Source of the DNA: Alphaproteobacteria bacterium
GTDB lineage: Bacteria; Pseudomonadota; Gammaproteobacteria; JAGOUN01
NCBI GenBank assembly: GCA_021151585.1
Contig: JAGKWX010000002.1
Location: 75,747-139,746, forward strand
DNA: 64,000 nucleotides
Reading direction: 5' to 3'
The position numbers and the translations under genes are program-made. Below are positions 9,591 through 20,606 of the stretch, in pieces; the first letter of the stretch is position 1; each line of letters opens with the position of its first letter. A model generated the notes under the pieces. That model saw only the letters and a list, made by a program, of their open reading frames with translations, made no database searches and had not been told where the DNA came from.

Positions 9591-10493
9591 TTATATAAAA
9601 CTTGCGCGCGTCACCCTATCCAAGCCTTGTAAATCTTGAACAGTCTCAATAGATGCATAATTATAAGACTCAAACAAGGCTTTGAGACTGCCTCCTTGTG
9701 CACAACCATGCTCTATCAACAAATACCCACCTGATTTTAAATAATCACGCGCATCAGCAATGATTTTTTCAATATCAGCCAAGCCGTTATTGTCTGCAAC
9801 TAAAGCACTACGTGGTTCATAACGAATTTCCTCATAAATTAAATGAGGGTCCTGTTTATCAAGATAAGGCGGGTTACTAACAATAATATCAAACTTACCA
9901 TGGACATTTGACAGCCAATCGCTGTGCACAAACGTCACATTATGAATAGAATTTTTTTCAGCATTACTTTGAGCAACACGCAATGCTTGCAAAGAAATAT
10001 CAGTAGCCGTTATATGCCAATGTGGATGTTCTTTCGCTAGCGCCAATGCTATAGCGCCCGAACCCGTGCCAAGATCAAGGCAGCGCACCAACTCTAAACG
10101 TGTAGCCAGAGCAGACGAAAAATATTCGCCTCTGCAAAGAGATAAAATCAACTCTACTAACAACTCCGTTTCTGGCCGCGGGATCAATGTGTGTTCATTT
10201 ACCTGAAGTTGCAAGTTCCAAAATTCTTTTTGGCCTAACAAATAAGCAATAGGAATTTGTTGTTGCCGTTTTGCAATCAATCTTTGCCATTGTTGATGCT
10301 GGGTCTGTGTTAACACTAAGTCATGATGTGAAAATAAATAAGTACGATCTTGTTGCAAAACATGACACAACAACAACTCCGCATCTAAATGCGGGGTTGT
10401 CGAATTATTTCTCAATACAAACGTTGCTTGATTAAGAAGGTTTTTTATGCTCATTTCTTTCATCGTAAATTCCACAGTTAACACCTGCCACAC
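9591..10493 (-). CDS. prmC: release factor glutamine methyltransferase
   Basis: NPPY motif (SNPPYLDKQ) and SAM-binding motif LDLGTGSGAIALA. Conserved position downstream of prfA. Confidence 0.85.
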   Translation of the reverse strand: MWQVLTVEFTMKEMSIKNLLNQATFVLRNNSTTPHLDAELLLCHVLQQDRTYLFSHHDLVLTQTQHQQWQRLIAKRQQQIPIAYLLGQKEFWNLQLQVNEHTLIPRPETELLVELILSLCRGEYFSSALATRLELVRCLDLGTGSGAIALALAKEHPHWHITATDISLQALRVAQSNAEKNSIHNVTFVHSDWLSNVHGKFDIIVSNPPYLDKQDPHLIYEEIRYEPRSALVADNNGLADIEKIIADARDYLKSGGYLLIEHGCAQGGSLKALFESYNYASIETVQDLQGLDRVTRASFI

Positions 10494-10636
10494 AAGCTTA
10501 ACGCAGTGAATCTAGGCTTATAAAAAAATGCATAAGAAAGTCATGCAAGAACCCATTACCGACATCTCTTGTTATTCCTGATCACTTTATTTTGGATATG
10601 TTATAAAGCAACTCTATGCGCAAAGATTGCCTTATG

Positions 10637-11728
10637 TTATCGCTGCTCATCCGCTAGCGCCGCTAGCAAGTCGGCTTGATGCTCACGCACCAAAGGATCA
10701 ATAACCTCGCCAAGATTACCTTCCATAATAGTACTTAATTTATATAAGGTTAAATTAATACGATGATCAGTAAGACGACCTTGAGGGAAATTGTATGTGC
10801 GAATGCGCTCTGAACGATCACCGCTGCCCACTAAATTGCGCCGCGTATCTGAAATTTCTTTTTTTTGCTTTTCCTGCTCAACGAGCATAATTTTTGATTG
10901 CAACATCGCCATCGCTTTAGCACGATTTTTATGTTGTGAGCGCTCATCCTGACACTCAACGACTATGCCCGTTGGAATGTGAGTAATACGAATAGCGGAA
11001 TCTGTAGTATTCACGTGCTGGCCGCCCGCACCTGAAGAACGATAAGTATCTACTTTTAAATCGGCAGGATTAATATTGATTTCATCTAGTTCTTCCGCCT
11101 CAGGCATCACCGCAACCGTACAAGCAGACGTATGAATCCGACCTTGCGATTCTGTTTCAGGGACGCGCTGCACACGATGGCCACCAGATTCAAATTTTAA
11201 TTTAGAATAAACATCATCACCACTAATACGCAATACAATTTCTTTATATCCACCATGCTCACCAGGACTGGAATTGACGATTTCTGCTCGCCAACCCATA
11301 CACTCCGTATAACGAATATACATACGACTTAAATCACCCGCAAAAATTGCCGCCTCATCACCCCCAGTGCCGGCCCGAACTTCTAAATAAATATTACGCC
11401 TATCATTAGGATCACGCGGCAATAATAACAACTGTAATTCTTCACCCAATTGCTCTTTACGTTTTTTAGCTTCCGGAAGCTCGACTTCAGCCATTTCTTT
11501 TAATTCAGGATCACTCTCAAGCAACATTTCTTCTAACCCAGCAATATCATCATCACAACGCTGATACTGCCTATAAACATCGACTAAGGGCTGTAACTGT
11601 GAATATTCTTTTGAAAAATCACGAAATTTGTTTTGATCACCAACAACTTCTGCAGTACTCAAAAGATGACCGAGCTCTTCGTGACGCTCAAGCAAATGAT
11701 CTAGTTTTTTTTGTAAAGATTCTCTCAT
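10637..11728 (-). CDS. prfA: peptide chain release factor 1
   Basis: GGQ motif ([15 protein letters not shown]). 363 aa. hemA-prfA-prmC synteny. Confidence 0.9.
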   Translation of the reverse strand: MRESLQKKLDHLLERHEELGHLLSTAEVVGDQNKFRDFSKEYSQLQPLVDVYRQYQRCDDDIAGLEEMLLESDPELKEMAEVELPEAKKRKEQLGEELQLLLLPRDPNDRRNIYLEVRAGTGGDEAAIFAGDLSRMYIRYTECMGWRAEIVNSSPGEHGGYKEIVLRISGDDVYSKLKFESGGHRVQRVPETESQGRIHTSACTVAVMPEAEELDEININPADLKVDTYRSSGAGGQHVNTTDSAIRITHIPTGIVVECQDERSQHKNRAKAMAMLQSKIMLVEQEKQKKEISDTRRNLVGSGDRSERIRTYNFPQGRLTDHRINLTLYKLSTIMEGNLGEVIDPLVREHQADLLAALADEQR

Positions 11729-12963
11729 TATTTTTCGCTTCCTTGAATGCCAAAAATTTCTGTAGCCGACTCAAGAAGATCATCACGGCCCTCGATACTA
11801 GCACGGCGTAATTGAGAACTTGGCAAATGCATAATTTTATTTAAAAGATTTTGTGAAAATTGCCTCAAATCCTCTTGCGTTAAATTATCTTTGGAAAAGC
11901 TTTCCAAAACACCATTGCAATATGATTGCATAGTAGCTCGATACTGTTTGATAATCTCGTCAGAATTAATAGATCGCATAGACAATATACACTCTCGCGC
12001 CGCCTCCTCTATCAATTTTTCTGCCTGCGTCGCTGCATGTGCGCGCATATTGACATGATCTTGAATAATATTCTTCAATTGATCAAGTTGACACAAAGTA
12101 ATATAAGCATTCGACACTACCTCCGGGGCAATATCACGCGGCACAGCTAAGTCAATCATTAACGTCGGCTTAGTAACATGGCGAACATGATTTTCAGAAA
12201 TCACTGCCGTTTTACTGGCAGTAGCGCTAATCACCAGATCAATGTGACATAAACAGTCTGATAACTGTGAAAAATCCACCGCAATACCACGCACGTCTTG
12301 TGCAACGCGTTGAGCATTATGCAAATGCCGACTCATAATATAGATAGGATGAGATGTTAGTGATTGCGCATGCTTTGCGGCAATGCGCCCAACGCTACCA
12401 ACACCAATCACTAAAATACGCGGCGCGTTTGCTTGCTGCCACCATTGTGATGCATACATCACTGCTGTCGACGCAACTGATACTGGACACGCCCCAATTT
12501 TGGTACTTGAACGAATTTGTTTAGCCACATGAAACGTTTGTCGAAACAAGCGACTTAAATGCAAGCCAACCGTTTTATGTAAACACGCTAAAGAAAAAGC
12601 AGATTTTACCTGACCTAAAATTTCTGGCTCGCCCAATATTAAGGAATCCAAGCCACAAGCTACTCGCATTAAATGCTCGACCGCCGCAACATCATGCATA
12701 ATATATGCATGTTGCATAAAATCATTAAAGCAAATATGTGAATCGCTCCTAGAGGACAACCACTGTTTGATCGAATCATCAGATAAGCTATAAGCATAAA
12801 CCTCAGTGCGATTACACGTTGAGAGAATCACGGCTTCTTCTATGTCGGGATGGCTGTGTAAAGATGACAATAACATCTCTACTTCCTCACGAGAAAGAGC
12901 AAATTTTTCCCGAGACTCAATAGAGGTCGTTTTGTGATTTAAGCCGATGGCGATGATGTTCAT
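11728..12963 (-). CDS. hemA: glutamyl-tRNA reductase
   Basis: 411 aa with an N-terminal catalytic domain carrying the active-site Cys (TCNRTE) and an NADPH-binding motif GVGSVG. Start overlaps the prfA stop. Confidence 0.85.
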   Translation of the reverse strand: MNIIAIGLNHKTTSIESREKFALSREEVEMLLSSLHSHPDIEEAVILSTCNRTEVYAYSLSDDSIKQWLSSRSDSHICFNDFMQHAYIMHDVAAVEHLMRVACGLDSLILGEPEILGQVKSAFSLACLHKTVGLHLSRLFRQTFHVAKQIRSSTKIGACPVSVASTAVMYASQWWQQANAPRILVIGVGSVGRIAAKHAQSLTSHPIYIMSRHLHNAQRVAQDVRGIAVDFSQLSDCLCHIDLVISATASKTAVISENHVRHVTKPTLMIDLAVPRDIAPEVVSNAYITLCQLDQLKNIIQDHVNMRAHAATQAEKLIEEAARECILSMRSINSDEIIKQYRATMQSYCNGVLESFSKDNLTQEDLRQFSQNLLNKIMHLPSSQLRRASIEGRDDLLESATEIFGIQGSEK

Positions 12964-12996
12964 ATACAGGCAAAAACATTATTTATGTTAGCAATT

Positions 12997-13599
12997 CTAA
13001 CGGCTCGTCTTCCAACTGTCACCCTCTATTGTCAAGTCCAGATAGATTTTATCATGCATAAAGCGAATTTCTCGGGGCAATTCAAGTTGTTGCACACGCT
13101 GATAAGCGACATAGTCAATAGACCAGCCTTGCTGTTCCATATGTTGAATACGATGAAACTCATCATACATCAGCTGATCAACTCGTCCTGGCGCCGGCAA
13201 ACCGCGAACCCAATAGTACAACGACGAAACCGGCAACGACCAACCTACTTGCCGCTGCAACAAAGCCTCTGGCGTTTGCGCAGAATAGGCATGACCACGA
13301 TTATCTTTTAACTGCACAAAATCAGACCGCCCTTCTATAGTCACCGATCCAATGCCAAAAGGTCCGAACAACATAATTTGGTACAACGTCGCTTGTTGTT
13401 GCCAGAAAATATTAGCGCTTAATTTCTTGCCAGGCATTTTTAAAATGAAATCACCGCGGAATTGCCAGTCTATCATATGCGACAGCACATACTGTCGCTG
13501 CGACCAAGACAAACTCAACGACTGATCATACTTAGTCGGGGCACAAGCAGATAGCATCAAAACCAAAGCAAAGAGAATAAAAAAGTTTCTTATCGACAT
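12997..13599 (-). CDS. lolB: outer-membrane lipoprotein LolB
   Basis: 200 aa with signal peptide and lipobox LSAC. Size and position next to hemA as in other gammaproteobacteria. Confidence 0.7.
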   Translation of the reverse strand: MSIRNFFILFALVLMLSACAPTKYDQSLSLSWSQRQYVLSHMIDWQFRGDFILKMPGKKLSANIFWQQQATLYQIMLFGPFGIGSVTIEGRSDFVQLKDNRGHAYSAQTPEALLQRQVGWSLPVSSLYYWVRGLPAPGRVDQLMYDEFHRIQHMEQQGWSIDYVAYQRVQQLELPREIRFMHDKIYLDLTIEGDSWKTSR

Positions 13600-14357
13600 T
13601 GATGAACCACCAAACCATTATGCGCATGCACATCTTGAGGAGCATCTAAGTCATCGCCAAAAAACTCTACATGACCACCAGCGGCAACCACCAGCGCCAA
13701 ACCGGCTGCCACATCCCAAAACATAGTGTTACGCTCATGGTAATATTCAGCGCGCCCGCAAGACACATAAGCAAGCGAAATTGCCGCACTACCAATCATG
13801 CGCACTTTGCGCCACTGTCGTGCAAAACGCATAAAGTCTATAGAGTTTTGATCGCTAAAATCTTTTGCCACAGGGAAGCCGGTATATAAAATTCCTCGTT
13901 CACTTTCTTTAACATCAGAAACAGTTATCGGCCGACTATTTAACCAAGCCCCCTCATTCACTAAGCCGGAAAATAATTCATCGCGATTAAAATCATATAT
14001 AACGCCCAACATAGGCGTTTTATGCTGGCAAAGAGCAATCGACACTGCCGATACAGGAATATTTTTATAATAATTGTAGCTACCATCGAGAGGATCTACC
14101 ACCCAAAGATATTGGTGATCAGAATAACCTGCTTGCCAACCACGCTCTTCAGTCAGTACGGGAAAATCGGTAGCTGCTTGTAAAGCGCTTAAAATCACGG
14201 CTTCAACCAGGCGATCCGCTGTTATTTTCACCTCTCGCCCCACTTCTTTTTCAACAGACGACCATTGCGAGCGATGCGCCATTAATTGCATGCCGGCAGC
14301 CAGAGCCGTACGCTCTGCGAGAGCAAGCAAATCTTTTAAATTTTTATCCACAAGCAA
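13590..14357 (-). CDS. inositol monophosphatase family protein
   Basis: IMPase signature WVVDPLDGSYNY, plus a downstream WDxAAG-like motif (WDVAAG). Confidence 0.7.
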   Translation of the reverse strand: MLVDKNLKDLLALAERTALAAGMQLMAHRSQWSSVEKEVGREVKITADRLVEAVILSALQAATDFPVLTEERGWQAGYSDHQYLWVVDPLDGSYNYYKNIPVSAVSIALCQHKTPMLGVIYDFNRDELFSGLVNEGAWLNSRPITVSDVKESERGILYTGFPVAKDFSDQNSIDFMRFARQWRKVRMIGSAAISLAYVSCGRAEYYHERNTMFWDVAAGLALVVAAGGHVEFFGDDLDAPQDVHAHNGLVVHQCR

Positions 14358-14542
14358 GCAATATGAGTCAACATGAGTATCAAAACTATAGCAAATTTCA
14401 ATAAATTTTAATATGCGGCTGGGTTACATCAACTCGCCATCTTAGCATTTTATGCTAAATATAGAGGCGCCCAAGCTAAATGACGGGCAATTCTGGCAAA
14501 AATAGAGTAGAATAAGGACAATACACCTCATAATGCTCAACC

Positions 14543-16408
14543 ATGATCGAACTAAAAAACGTCACACTACGTCGTGGCACAAAAATACTCTTAGAAGACG
14601 CCAGCGCACGCCTTGAAGCAGGCTATCGCACTGGCCTAATCGGCCGAAACGGAACCGGGAAGACCAGTCTGTTTCAGCTAATTACCGGCCAATTACACGA
14701 AGAATTGGGCAGCGTTTCTTTAGAAGTACCTCGTCACGATATTGCCTATCTAGAACAAGCTCTACCTCATAGCGATGAAGCCGCCATAGACTATGTTAAA
14801 CACGGTGATTTTGCCTGGTCGCGGATTCAACATGCACTACAACAAGCAGAAGCAGATGAAGATGGTTTGGCAATCGCACAATGTTATACGGATTTACAAG
14901 CTATTGATGGCTTTACTATAGATGCTCGCGCCAGCCAAATTCTTGATGGCTTAGGCTTTTCGCAAGAAACCTTTACAAAGCCAGTGTCAAGTTTTTCTGG
15001 CGGCTGGCAAATGCGCTTACAACTAGCGCGCACTCTACTGGCGCCAGCGACACTATTACTACTTGATGAACCAACCAATCACTTAGATATCGAAGCTATT
15101 TTATGGCTAGAAACATGGTTGCAAACAAAAAAATGCTCCATGCTTATTATATCTCATGATCGTGATTTTCTGGATAACGTTTGTACACATACATTGCATT
15201 TGCGTCAACGCACCCTAAGACTGTACACAGGCAACTACTCTTCATTTGCCCGGCAGTTTGAAATGCAGCTAGAACAAGAAGCTAGTGCTGCTGAAAAAAT
15301 TTCACGGCAACGTGCACATATGCAATCATTTGTTGATCGTTTTCGCTACAAAGCTTCCAAGGCAAAACAAGCGCAAAGTCGTATTAAAGCAATTGAAAAA
15401 CTCACCATGACCGTTGGATTACAACGCGAAAATCCTTTTTCATTTCAATTTTTTCCTTGCGCAGAGCTATCAGACCCAATAGTAAAAATCGACACCTCGG
15501 TAGGTTATGGTGATAAAATTATTTTAAACAAAGTCGGCATGAATGTTAATCATGATGATCGCATCGCTTTTCTCGGTCGCAATGGCGGCGGTAAAAGCAC
15601 CATAGTCAAAGCAATAGCCGGTGAGTTGCCAGCAATAAATGGCGAAATCATCTATCATCCTAAACTTAAGATTGGCTATTTTTCACAGCAACAATTAGAC
15701 ACCTTAGACTACGACTCAACACCGTACGAACATGTCCAACAACTCGATAAAAAGTTGGGTGAAACCGAAATACGTAAATATCTCGGCGGTTTTGGCTTTA
15801 CGGGTGACTGCGTATTTGATCGAGTACGACACTTTTCAGGGGGAGAAAAAGCACGCTTGGCTTTAGCGCTACTCATCTATCATCGACCAAATTTATTACT
15901 ACTTGATGAACCGACTAACCATTTGGATTTACAAATGCGCGAGGCGCTGATCATCGCTTTGCAAAGCTACCAAGGCTCCGTCATTTTGGTATCGCACGAC
16001 CGTTACTTTGTCAGCAGCATTTCTGACCAATTATACTGGATTAAACAAAACCAATTAGAGTTATTTCCTGGCGATTTAGAAGATTATCAACACGCTGTTT
16101 TAGCCAAAGAAGACTTAGCTAGTACTAAAAAAAACACGGCTAAAAATGACAATGCCTCCCTGATTAAGACGGCTACACCTGCCAATAGCATAAACTCAGA
16201 GCATAAAAATGCGGGTAAAAAACGCAAAAAAATAGAGTCGAAACTTGAAACCCTCAAAGAAAAAATAGCAGAAACTGAACAAGAATTGGAAAATCAAGAT
16301 CTTTATCTACCCGAAAATGCTAAAAAATTAGAAGCATTACTGAGTAAACACAACGACTATAAACATAATTTGCAAACAACAGAGGATGAATGGCTTGCAC
16401 TCGATTAA
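14543..16408 (+). CDS. ABC-F family ATPase (two ABC domains, C-terminal coiled coil; YheS/Uup-like)
   Basis: Two Walker A motifs (GRNGTGKTS and GRNGGGKST) and two signature/Walker B regions (LLLDEPTNHLD appears twice). No TM domain. Lys/Glu-rich C-terminal tail. Confidence 0.8.
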   Translation: MIELKNVTLRRGTKILLEDASARLEAGYRTGLIGRNGTGKTSLFQLITGQLHEELGSVSLEVPRHDIAYLEQALPHSDEAAIDYVKHGDFAWSRIQHALQQAEADEDGLAIAQCYTDLQAIDGFTIDARASQILDGLGFSQETFTKPVSSFSGGWQMRLQLARTLLAPATLLLLDEPTNHLDIEAILWLETWLQTKKCSMLIISHDRDFLDNVCTHTLHLRQRTLRLYTGNYSSFARQFEMQLEQEASAAEKISRQRAHMQSFVDRFRYKASKAKQAQSRIKAIEKLTMTVGLQRENPFSFQFFPCAELSDPIVKIDTSVGYGDKIILNKVGMNVNHDDRIAFLGRNGGGKSTIVKAIAGELPAINGEIIYHPKLKIGYFSQQQLDTLDYDSTPYEHVQQLDKKLGETEIRKYLGGFGFTGDCVFDRVRHFSGGEKARLALALLIYHRPNLLLLDEPTNHLDLQMREALIIALQSYQGSVILVSHDRYFVSSISDQLYWIKQNQLELFPGDLEDYQHAVLAKEDLASTKKNTAKNDNASLIKTATPANSINSEHKNAGKKRKKIESKLETLKEKIAETEQELENQDLYLPENAKKLEALLSKHNDYKHNLQTTEDEWLALD

Positions 16409-16436
16409 AAAATCTGTAAAAATACAACTTCTTCTT

Positions 16437-16511
16437 TGGGGCGTCGCCAAGCGGTAAGGCACGGGGTTTTGATCTCCGCATACCTAGGTTCGAATCCTAG
16501 CGCCCCAGCCA
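16437..16511 (+). tRNA. tRNA-Gln (anticodon TTG)
   Basis: Cloverleaf traced by hand. Acceptor TGGGGCG pairs with CGCCCCA. D arm is GCC-AAGCGGTAA-GGC. Anticodon stem CGGGG/CTCCG with loop TTTTGAT. T arm CTAGG-TTCGAAT-CCTAG. Discriminator G then CCA. Nearly identical in layout to E. coli tRNA-Gln. Confidence 0.85.
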
Positions 16512-16534
16512 ATTCTTTAGCTAAGGCGGATTTT

Positions 16535-17485
16535 GTGTCTTCTGAGATTAAAATATTTACGGGTAACGCCAATATTCCTCTTGCACAAAAAATCGCGCAA
16601 CACTTAGGGTTACCTTTAGGTAATATGAAAGTTGGCCGTTACAGTGACGGCGAAATTACTGTAGAAATTCTCGAAAATGTCCGCGGTCGCGAAATTTTCT
16701 TAATTCAACCCATGTGTCCGCCAGTAAATGACCATCTCATGGAGCTGATGTTTATGGCAGATGCTTTCCTGCGCGCATCAGTAAGCAAGATAACCCTAAT
16801 TTGCCCATATTTTGGTTATGCGCGCCAAGATAGACGCGTACGGTCAACACGCGTACCCATTTCAGCCCGGGTCGTTGCAGATATGCTAGTTAGCGCCGGA
16901 ATTGATCATGTCTTAACCGTCGACATTCACGCCGACCAAATTCAAGGCTTTTTTTCCATCCCGGTAGACAACGTCTACAGCACCTCGATTTTCTTAGAAG
17001 ATATTCGCCAACGCTTTTCAACCAATGACGACATCATGGTAGTCTCACCCGATGTTGGCGGCGTAGTGCGCGCCCGAGCTGTGGCCAAACACCTCGGAAC
17101 AGATTTAGCTATTCTAGATAAACGACGCCCCAAAGCAAATGAAGCAAAAATTATGCATATCATTGGCGATGTTACAGATAAAAACTGCATTTTGGTCGAC
17201 GACATGATTGACACAGCAGGAACATTACGCGCAGGGGTTGACGCCCTGAAAGAACAGGGTGCAAAAAGCATTAGCGCTTACATCACCCACCCAATCCTTT
17301 CAGGAAAAGCAATTGAAAACATTGAATTATCTCAACTTGATCAATTAATTGTGACTGACACCATCCCACTAAGCGACAAGGCGCTAGAATGCAAAAAAAT
17401 CCGCCAAGTCTCAGTAAGCCACATGCTAGCGCAATGTATTGACCGCATGTGCCGCGGAACATCTTTAATGTCCATGTTTCCTTAA
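16535..17485 (+). CDS. prs: ribose-phosphate pyrophosphokinase
   Basis: Matches the Prs N-terminus (IKIFTGNANIPLAQKIAQHLG...GRYSDGE) and the PRPP-binding loop. In-frame GTG at 16535 with AAGGCGGA upstream. The first 33 codons of the track ORF are actually the tRNA-Gln. Confidence 0.85.
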   Translation: MSSEIKIFTGNANIPLAQKIAQHLGLPLGNMKVGRYSDGEITVEILENVRGREIFLIQPMCPPVNDHLMELMFMADAFLRASVSKITLICPYFGYARQDRRVRSTRVPISARVVADMLVSAGIDHVLTVDIHADQIQGFFSIPVDNVYSTSIFLEDIRQRFSTNDDIMVVSPDVGGVVRARAVAKHLGTDLAILDKRRPKANEAKIMHIIGDVTDKNCILVDDMIDTAGTLRAGVDALKEQGAKSISAYITHPILSGKAIENIELSQLDQLIVTDTIPLSDKALECKKIRQVSVSHMLAQCIDRMCRGTSLMSMFP

Positions 17486-17724
17486 TCCACATAGTGATAA
17501 ACATATCTGCTACGGAACAAAGCTAAGTTAACCTGTAACATGACAACCAAATAGCGATAAATCACACAAGCTTAATCCGTTAAATTTAAGATCCACATAA
17601 ACAACCGCCGCAATACGCCATAATAATTTTCTCACATTAACCGATATCACTTCCTCTCACTGGCTTTTTCCGATAAAATACATGGCCCTAGATTTGGTCG
17701 CGAATCCGGGGTATTTATTTAATT

Positions 17725-18444
17725 TTGGAGAAAACTATGTCAAATTCTACTTTTACGCTGCCAGCGTCAGCGCGCAGTGTTATGGGGAAAGGTGCGAGCC
17801 GCCGCCTACGTCGTCAGGGAGATCTTGTCCCGGCTATTGTTTATGGCGCCAACAAAACCCCTGAAAACATCACCATCGAACAACGAATACTACGAAAGGC
17901 TTTGGAAAATGAAGCTTTCTATAGCCATATTATCGAACTCGCTATTGATAACAAAAAAGAAAATGTTGTCCTAAAAGCATTACAACGTCATCCATATAAA
18001 TCATTAATTATGCACGCTGACTTTATGCGTATTGACGAAAATGCAAAAATTCACATGCACGTTCCATTACATTTTACTGGCGAAGATGTGGCTCCTGGCA
18101 TTAAGGTTGGCAAAGGTATCCTAAGTCGCCACGTTGTGGAATTGGAAGTCATCTGTTTGCCAAGTGACCTGCCAGAATTTATTGAAGTGAATGTTAGTCA
18201 TATGGATCTTGATCAAATATTGCATATATCTAATATTACGGCACCTAAAGGCGTCGTTTTTTCTGCTTTAAATCATGGCAACGATATGGCGATTGCCAGC
18301 GTTCATCTGCCACGAGGCGCTGCTCAACAGGAAGATATTGATGTTGCTGCCGCTGAAGCCGCTGCCAAAGCCGCCGCTGAAGCTGCCAATCCAACCGCTC
18401 ACAGCAATGATAGCGGCAAGCAGAAGCCGAAGACTGGCAAATAA
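17725..18444 (+). CDS. rplY: 50S ribosomal protein L25 / general stress protein Ctc with Ala/Glu-rich C-terminal tail
   Basis: N-terminal L25 5S-rRNA-binding domain, conserved position upstream of pth, and a C-terminal low-complexity tail DVAAAEAAAKAAAEAA. Confidence 0.8.
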   Translation: MEKTMSNSTFTLPASARSVMGKGASRRLRRQGDLVPAIVYGANKTPENITIEQRILRKALENEAFYSHIIELAIDNKKENVVLKALQRHPYKSLIMHADFMRIDENAKIHMHVPLHFTGEDVAPGIKVGKGILSRHVVELEVICLPSDLPEFIEVNVSHMDLDQILHISNITAPKGVVFSALNHGNDMAIASVHLPRGAAQQEDIDVAAAEAAAKAAAEAANPTAHSNDSGKQKPKTGK

Positions 18445-18995
18445 TGCCTCCCATCAAGTTAATCATTGGATTAGCAAATCCGGGTGATCGTTATACGAAC
18501 ACCCGGCATAATGCTGGCGAATGGTTTGTTAACTTATTTGCCTCAACAAGCGATTGGAAAAAAGAAAATTTTTTACATGCTCGCGTAGCAAAAAAAGATA
18601 TTTTATTTGCTGTCCCAACAACTTATATGAACTTAAGCGGTCAAGCCGCACAAGCCTTGGCCCATTACTACAAAATAACACCGGAAGAGATTTTGGTGGC
18701 GCATGACGAAATTGATTTGCCGGCCGGGACCATTCGCTTAAAAAAGGCCGGCGGCCACGGCGGACATAATGGCCTCCGCGATATTATTAAACATTTAGGC
18801 ACACAAAATTTTTGGCGGTTACGTATTGGCGTCGGACGACCAACGCTTGCAGCACAAGTGGAAAGTCATGTATTAAACCCACCAACCAAAGAAGAACGCC
18901 AGCACATTGACCTTAGTTTAACGAACGCGGAAACCATTACACCGCTCTTATTAGAGGGCCAGTTTCAGAAGGCGATGCAGTTATTGCACACATAA
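18444..18995 (+). CDS. pth: peptidyl-tRNA hydrolase
   Basis: 183 aa with N-terminal LIIGLANPGDRY...RHNAG motif. Start overlaps the rplY stop. Confidence 0.9.
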   Translation: MPPIKLIIGLANPGDRYTNTRHNAGEWFVNLFASTSDWKKENFLHARVAKKDILFAVPTTYMNLSGQAAQALAHYYKITPEEILVAHDEIDLPAGTIRLKKAGGHGGHNGLRDIIKHLGTQNFWRLRIGVGRPTLAAQVESHVLNPPTKEERQHIDLSLTNAETITPLLLEGQFQKAMQLLHT

Positions 18996-19311
18996 CGCAA
19001 GATTTTTGCAAAAATTAGGACTATGCAAAATGCGATTTCTGGAAATATTAATCAGCCAAGTGATATTGGCAGATTGCGCGAATTATTTTTTATTCAAGCA
19101 TTAGCTGGCGCAAAAAAAAAACGGTTACTTATAGCCACATAGGCGATTATCAAATAGATGATGTTATTTTTGAAATTGGTGGAAACAACAAAAAAATGCG
19201 AAAAATTCAAGATCAAAAAAAGGCATTTTTAGTAAAAAATGATATTCTAGTGTCACGTCAAAAAGAAATTCCGTTAATGTTATTTGGTTTTTTATATTAA
19301 AAGTAGGAGTA

Positions 19312-20412
19312 ATGATGGGTTTTAAATGTGGTATCGTTGGCTTACCAAATGTCGGTAAATCAACACTTTTCAAAGCATTAACGCAATCAGCGAATGTCGA
19401 AGTAGCTAATTTTCCGTTCTGTACAATTGACCCCAATGTTGGGATGGTTGCCGTGCCTGATAAACGCATCAAAGCGCTCATTGACATCGTACAACCTGAA
19501 CGCGTGGTTCCGACAACTATGGAATTTGTCGATATCGCCGGCCTTGTCGCTGGTGCATCTGAAGGCGCTGGTCTCGGCAACCAATTTCTTGCGCATATTC
19601 GCGAAACTGATGCGATTGCACAAGTAGTACGCTGTTTTGAAAATGATGATATTATTCATGTTAACAATAAAGTCGACCCTCTCAGCGATATCGAAACCAT
19701 TCACACAGAATTAGCACTGGCAGACTTTAACACTGTACAAAAAGCTCTAGTCCGCGTGAATAAAAATTCACGAAATGGTGATAAAGATGCCGCCAAAGAA
19801 CAAGCATTGTTAGAAAAAATTAAACAAGAGTTAAATAATGGCGTTGCGATTCGTACGTTACCATTAAGCGAAGATGAGAAAAAAATATTAAGAAATTTAC
19901 ATTTATTAACCGCAAAACCCATGTTATACATTGCCAATGTCAACGAGAACGGTTTTGGCGATGACAATATTCATCTACTCAATGTTCGAAAACATGCTAA
20001 CAAAGAAAATGCAAGCGTTGTGCCTGTATGTGCTGCATTTGAATCTGAGCTTGCGGGCATGGATGAAGAAGAACAACGAGTATTTTTAGCTGAAATTGGT
20101 TTAACAGATTCTGGACTACACCGCATGATTCAAGCAGGCTATGAGTTGCTAGAATTACAAACGTATTTCACAGCAGGTAAAAAAGAAGTTCGCGCTTGGA
20201 CTATTCGAAAAGGCAATAGCGCGCCACAAGCGGCCGGTGTTATTCATACCGATTTTGAACGTGGATTTATCCGCGCTGAAGTCATTGCTTATGATGATTT
20301 TATCCAATATAAAGGCGAACAAGGCGCCAAAGAAGCTGGTAAACTTCGCTCAGAAGGCAAAGAATATATTGTTAAAGATGGCGATGTCATTCATTTTAGA
20401 TTTAATGTCTAA
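19312..20412 (+). CDS. ychF: ribosome-binding ATPase YchF (Obg family)
   Basis: G1 motif GLPNVGKST and a C-terminal TGS domain. 366 aa. pth-ychF synteny. Confidence 0.9.
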   Translation: MMGFKCGIVGLPNVGKSTLFKALTQSANVEVANFPFCTIDPNVGMVAVPDKRIKALIDIVQPERVVPTTMEFVDIAGLVAGASEGAGLGNQFLAHIRETDAIAQVVRCFENDDIIHVNNKVDPLSDIETIHTELALADFNTVQKALVRVNKNSRNGDKDAAKEQALLEKIKQELNNGVAIRTLPLSEDEKKILRNLHLLTAKPMLYIANVNENGFGDDNIHLLNVRKHANKENASVVPVCAAFESELAGMDEEEQRVFLAEIGLTDSGLHRMIQAGYELLELQTYFTAGKKEVRAWTIRKGNSAPQAAGVIHTDFERGFIRAEVIAYDDFIQYKGEQGAKEAGKLRSEGKEYIVKDGDVIHFRFNV

Positions 20413-20606
20413 AATAAATCTTGATACCCGACAAATTTTTTACACAGGTTTGTCGGGCCTGTAGAGCTTATATCTTTACACACCTCTACTAGGTTGTTAA
20501 TTTACTTACCTGTTATGAAGCTCTTCTTTCGAAAAAATATAAAGATCTAATATTATAGTGTTTAACTAAACTGTCATTATCTTGTGTTAGTCCTCTTAAT
20601 ATTAAA

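Noticed and set aside
16436..16534. N-terminal 33 codons of the track ORF for prs (MGRRQAVRHGVLISAYLGSNPSAPANS...)
   Set aside because: This stretch is the tRNA-Gln gene read in frame. The Prs homology begins at the GTG at 16535.
19164..19580. 138-aa minus-strand ORF overlapping the ychF start
   Set aside because: Antisense to the strongly conserved N-terminus of YchF. No homology. Its composition is the mirror of the G-domain codons.
20427..20457. Inverted repeat CCCGACAA...TTGTCGGG after ychF as a bidirectional terminator
   Set aside because: The loop is 15 nt and there is no U-rich tail on either strand, so it is a weak candidate only.
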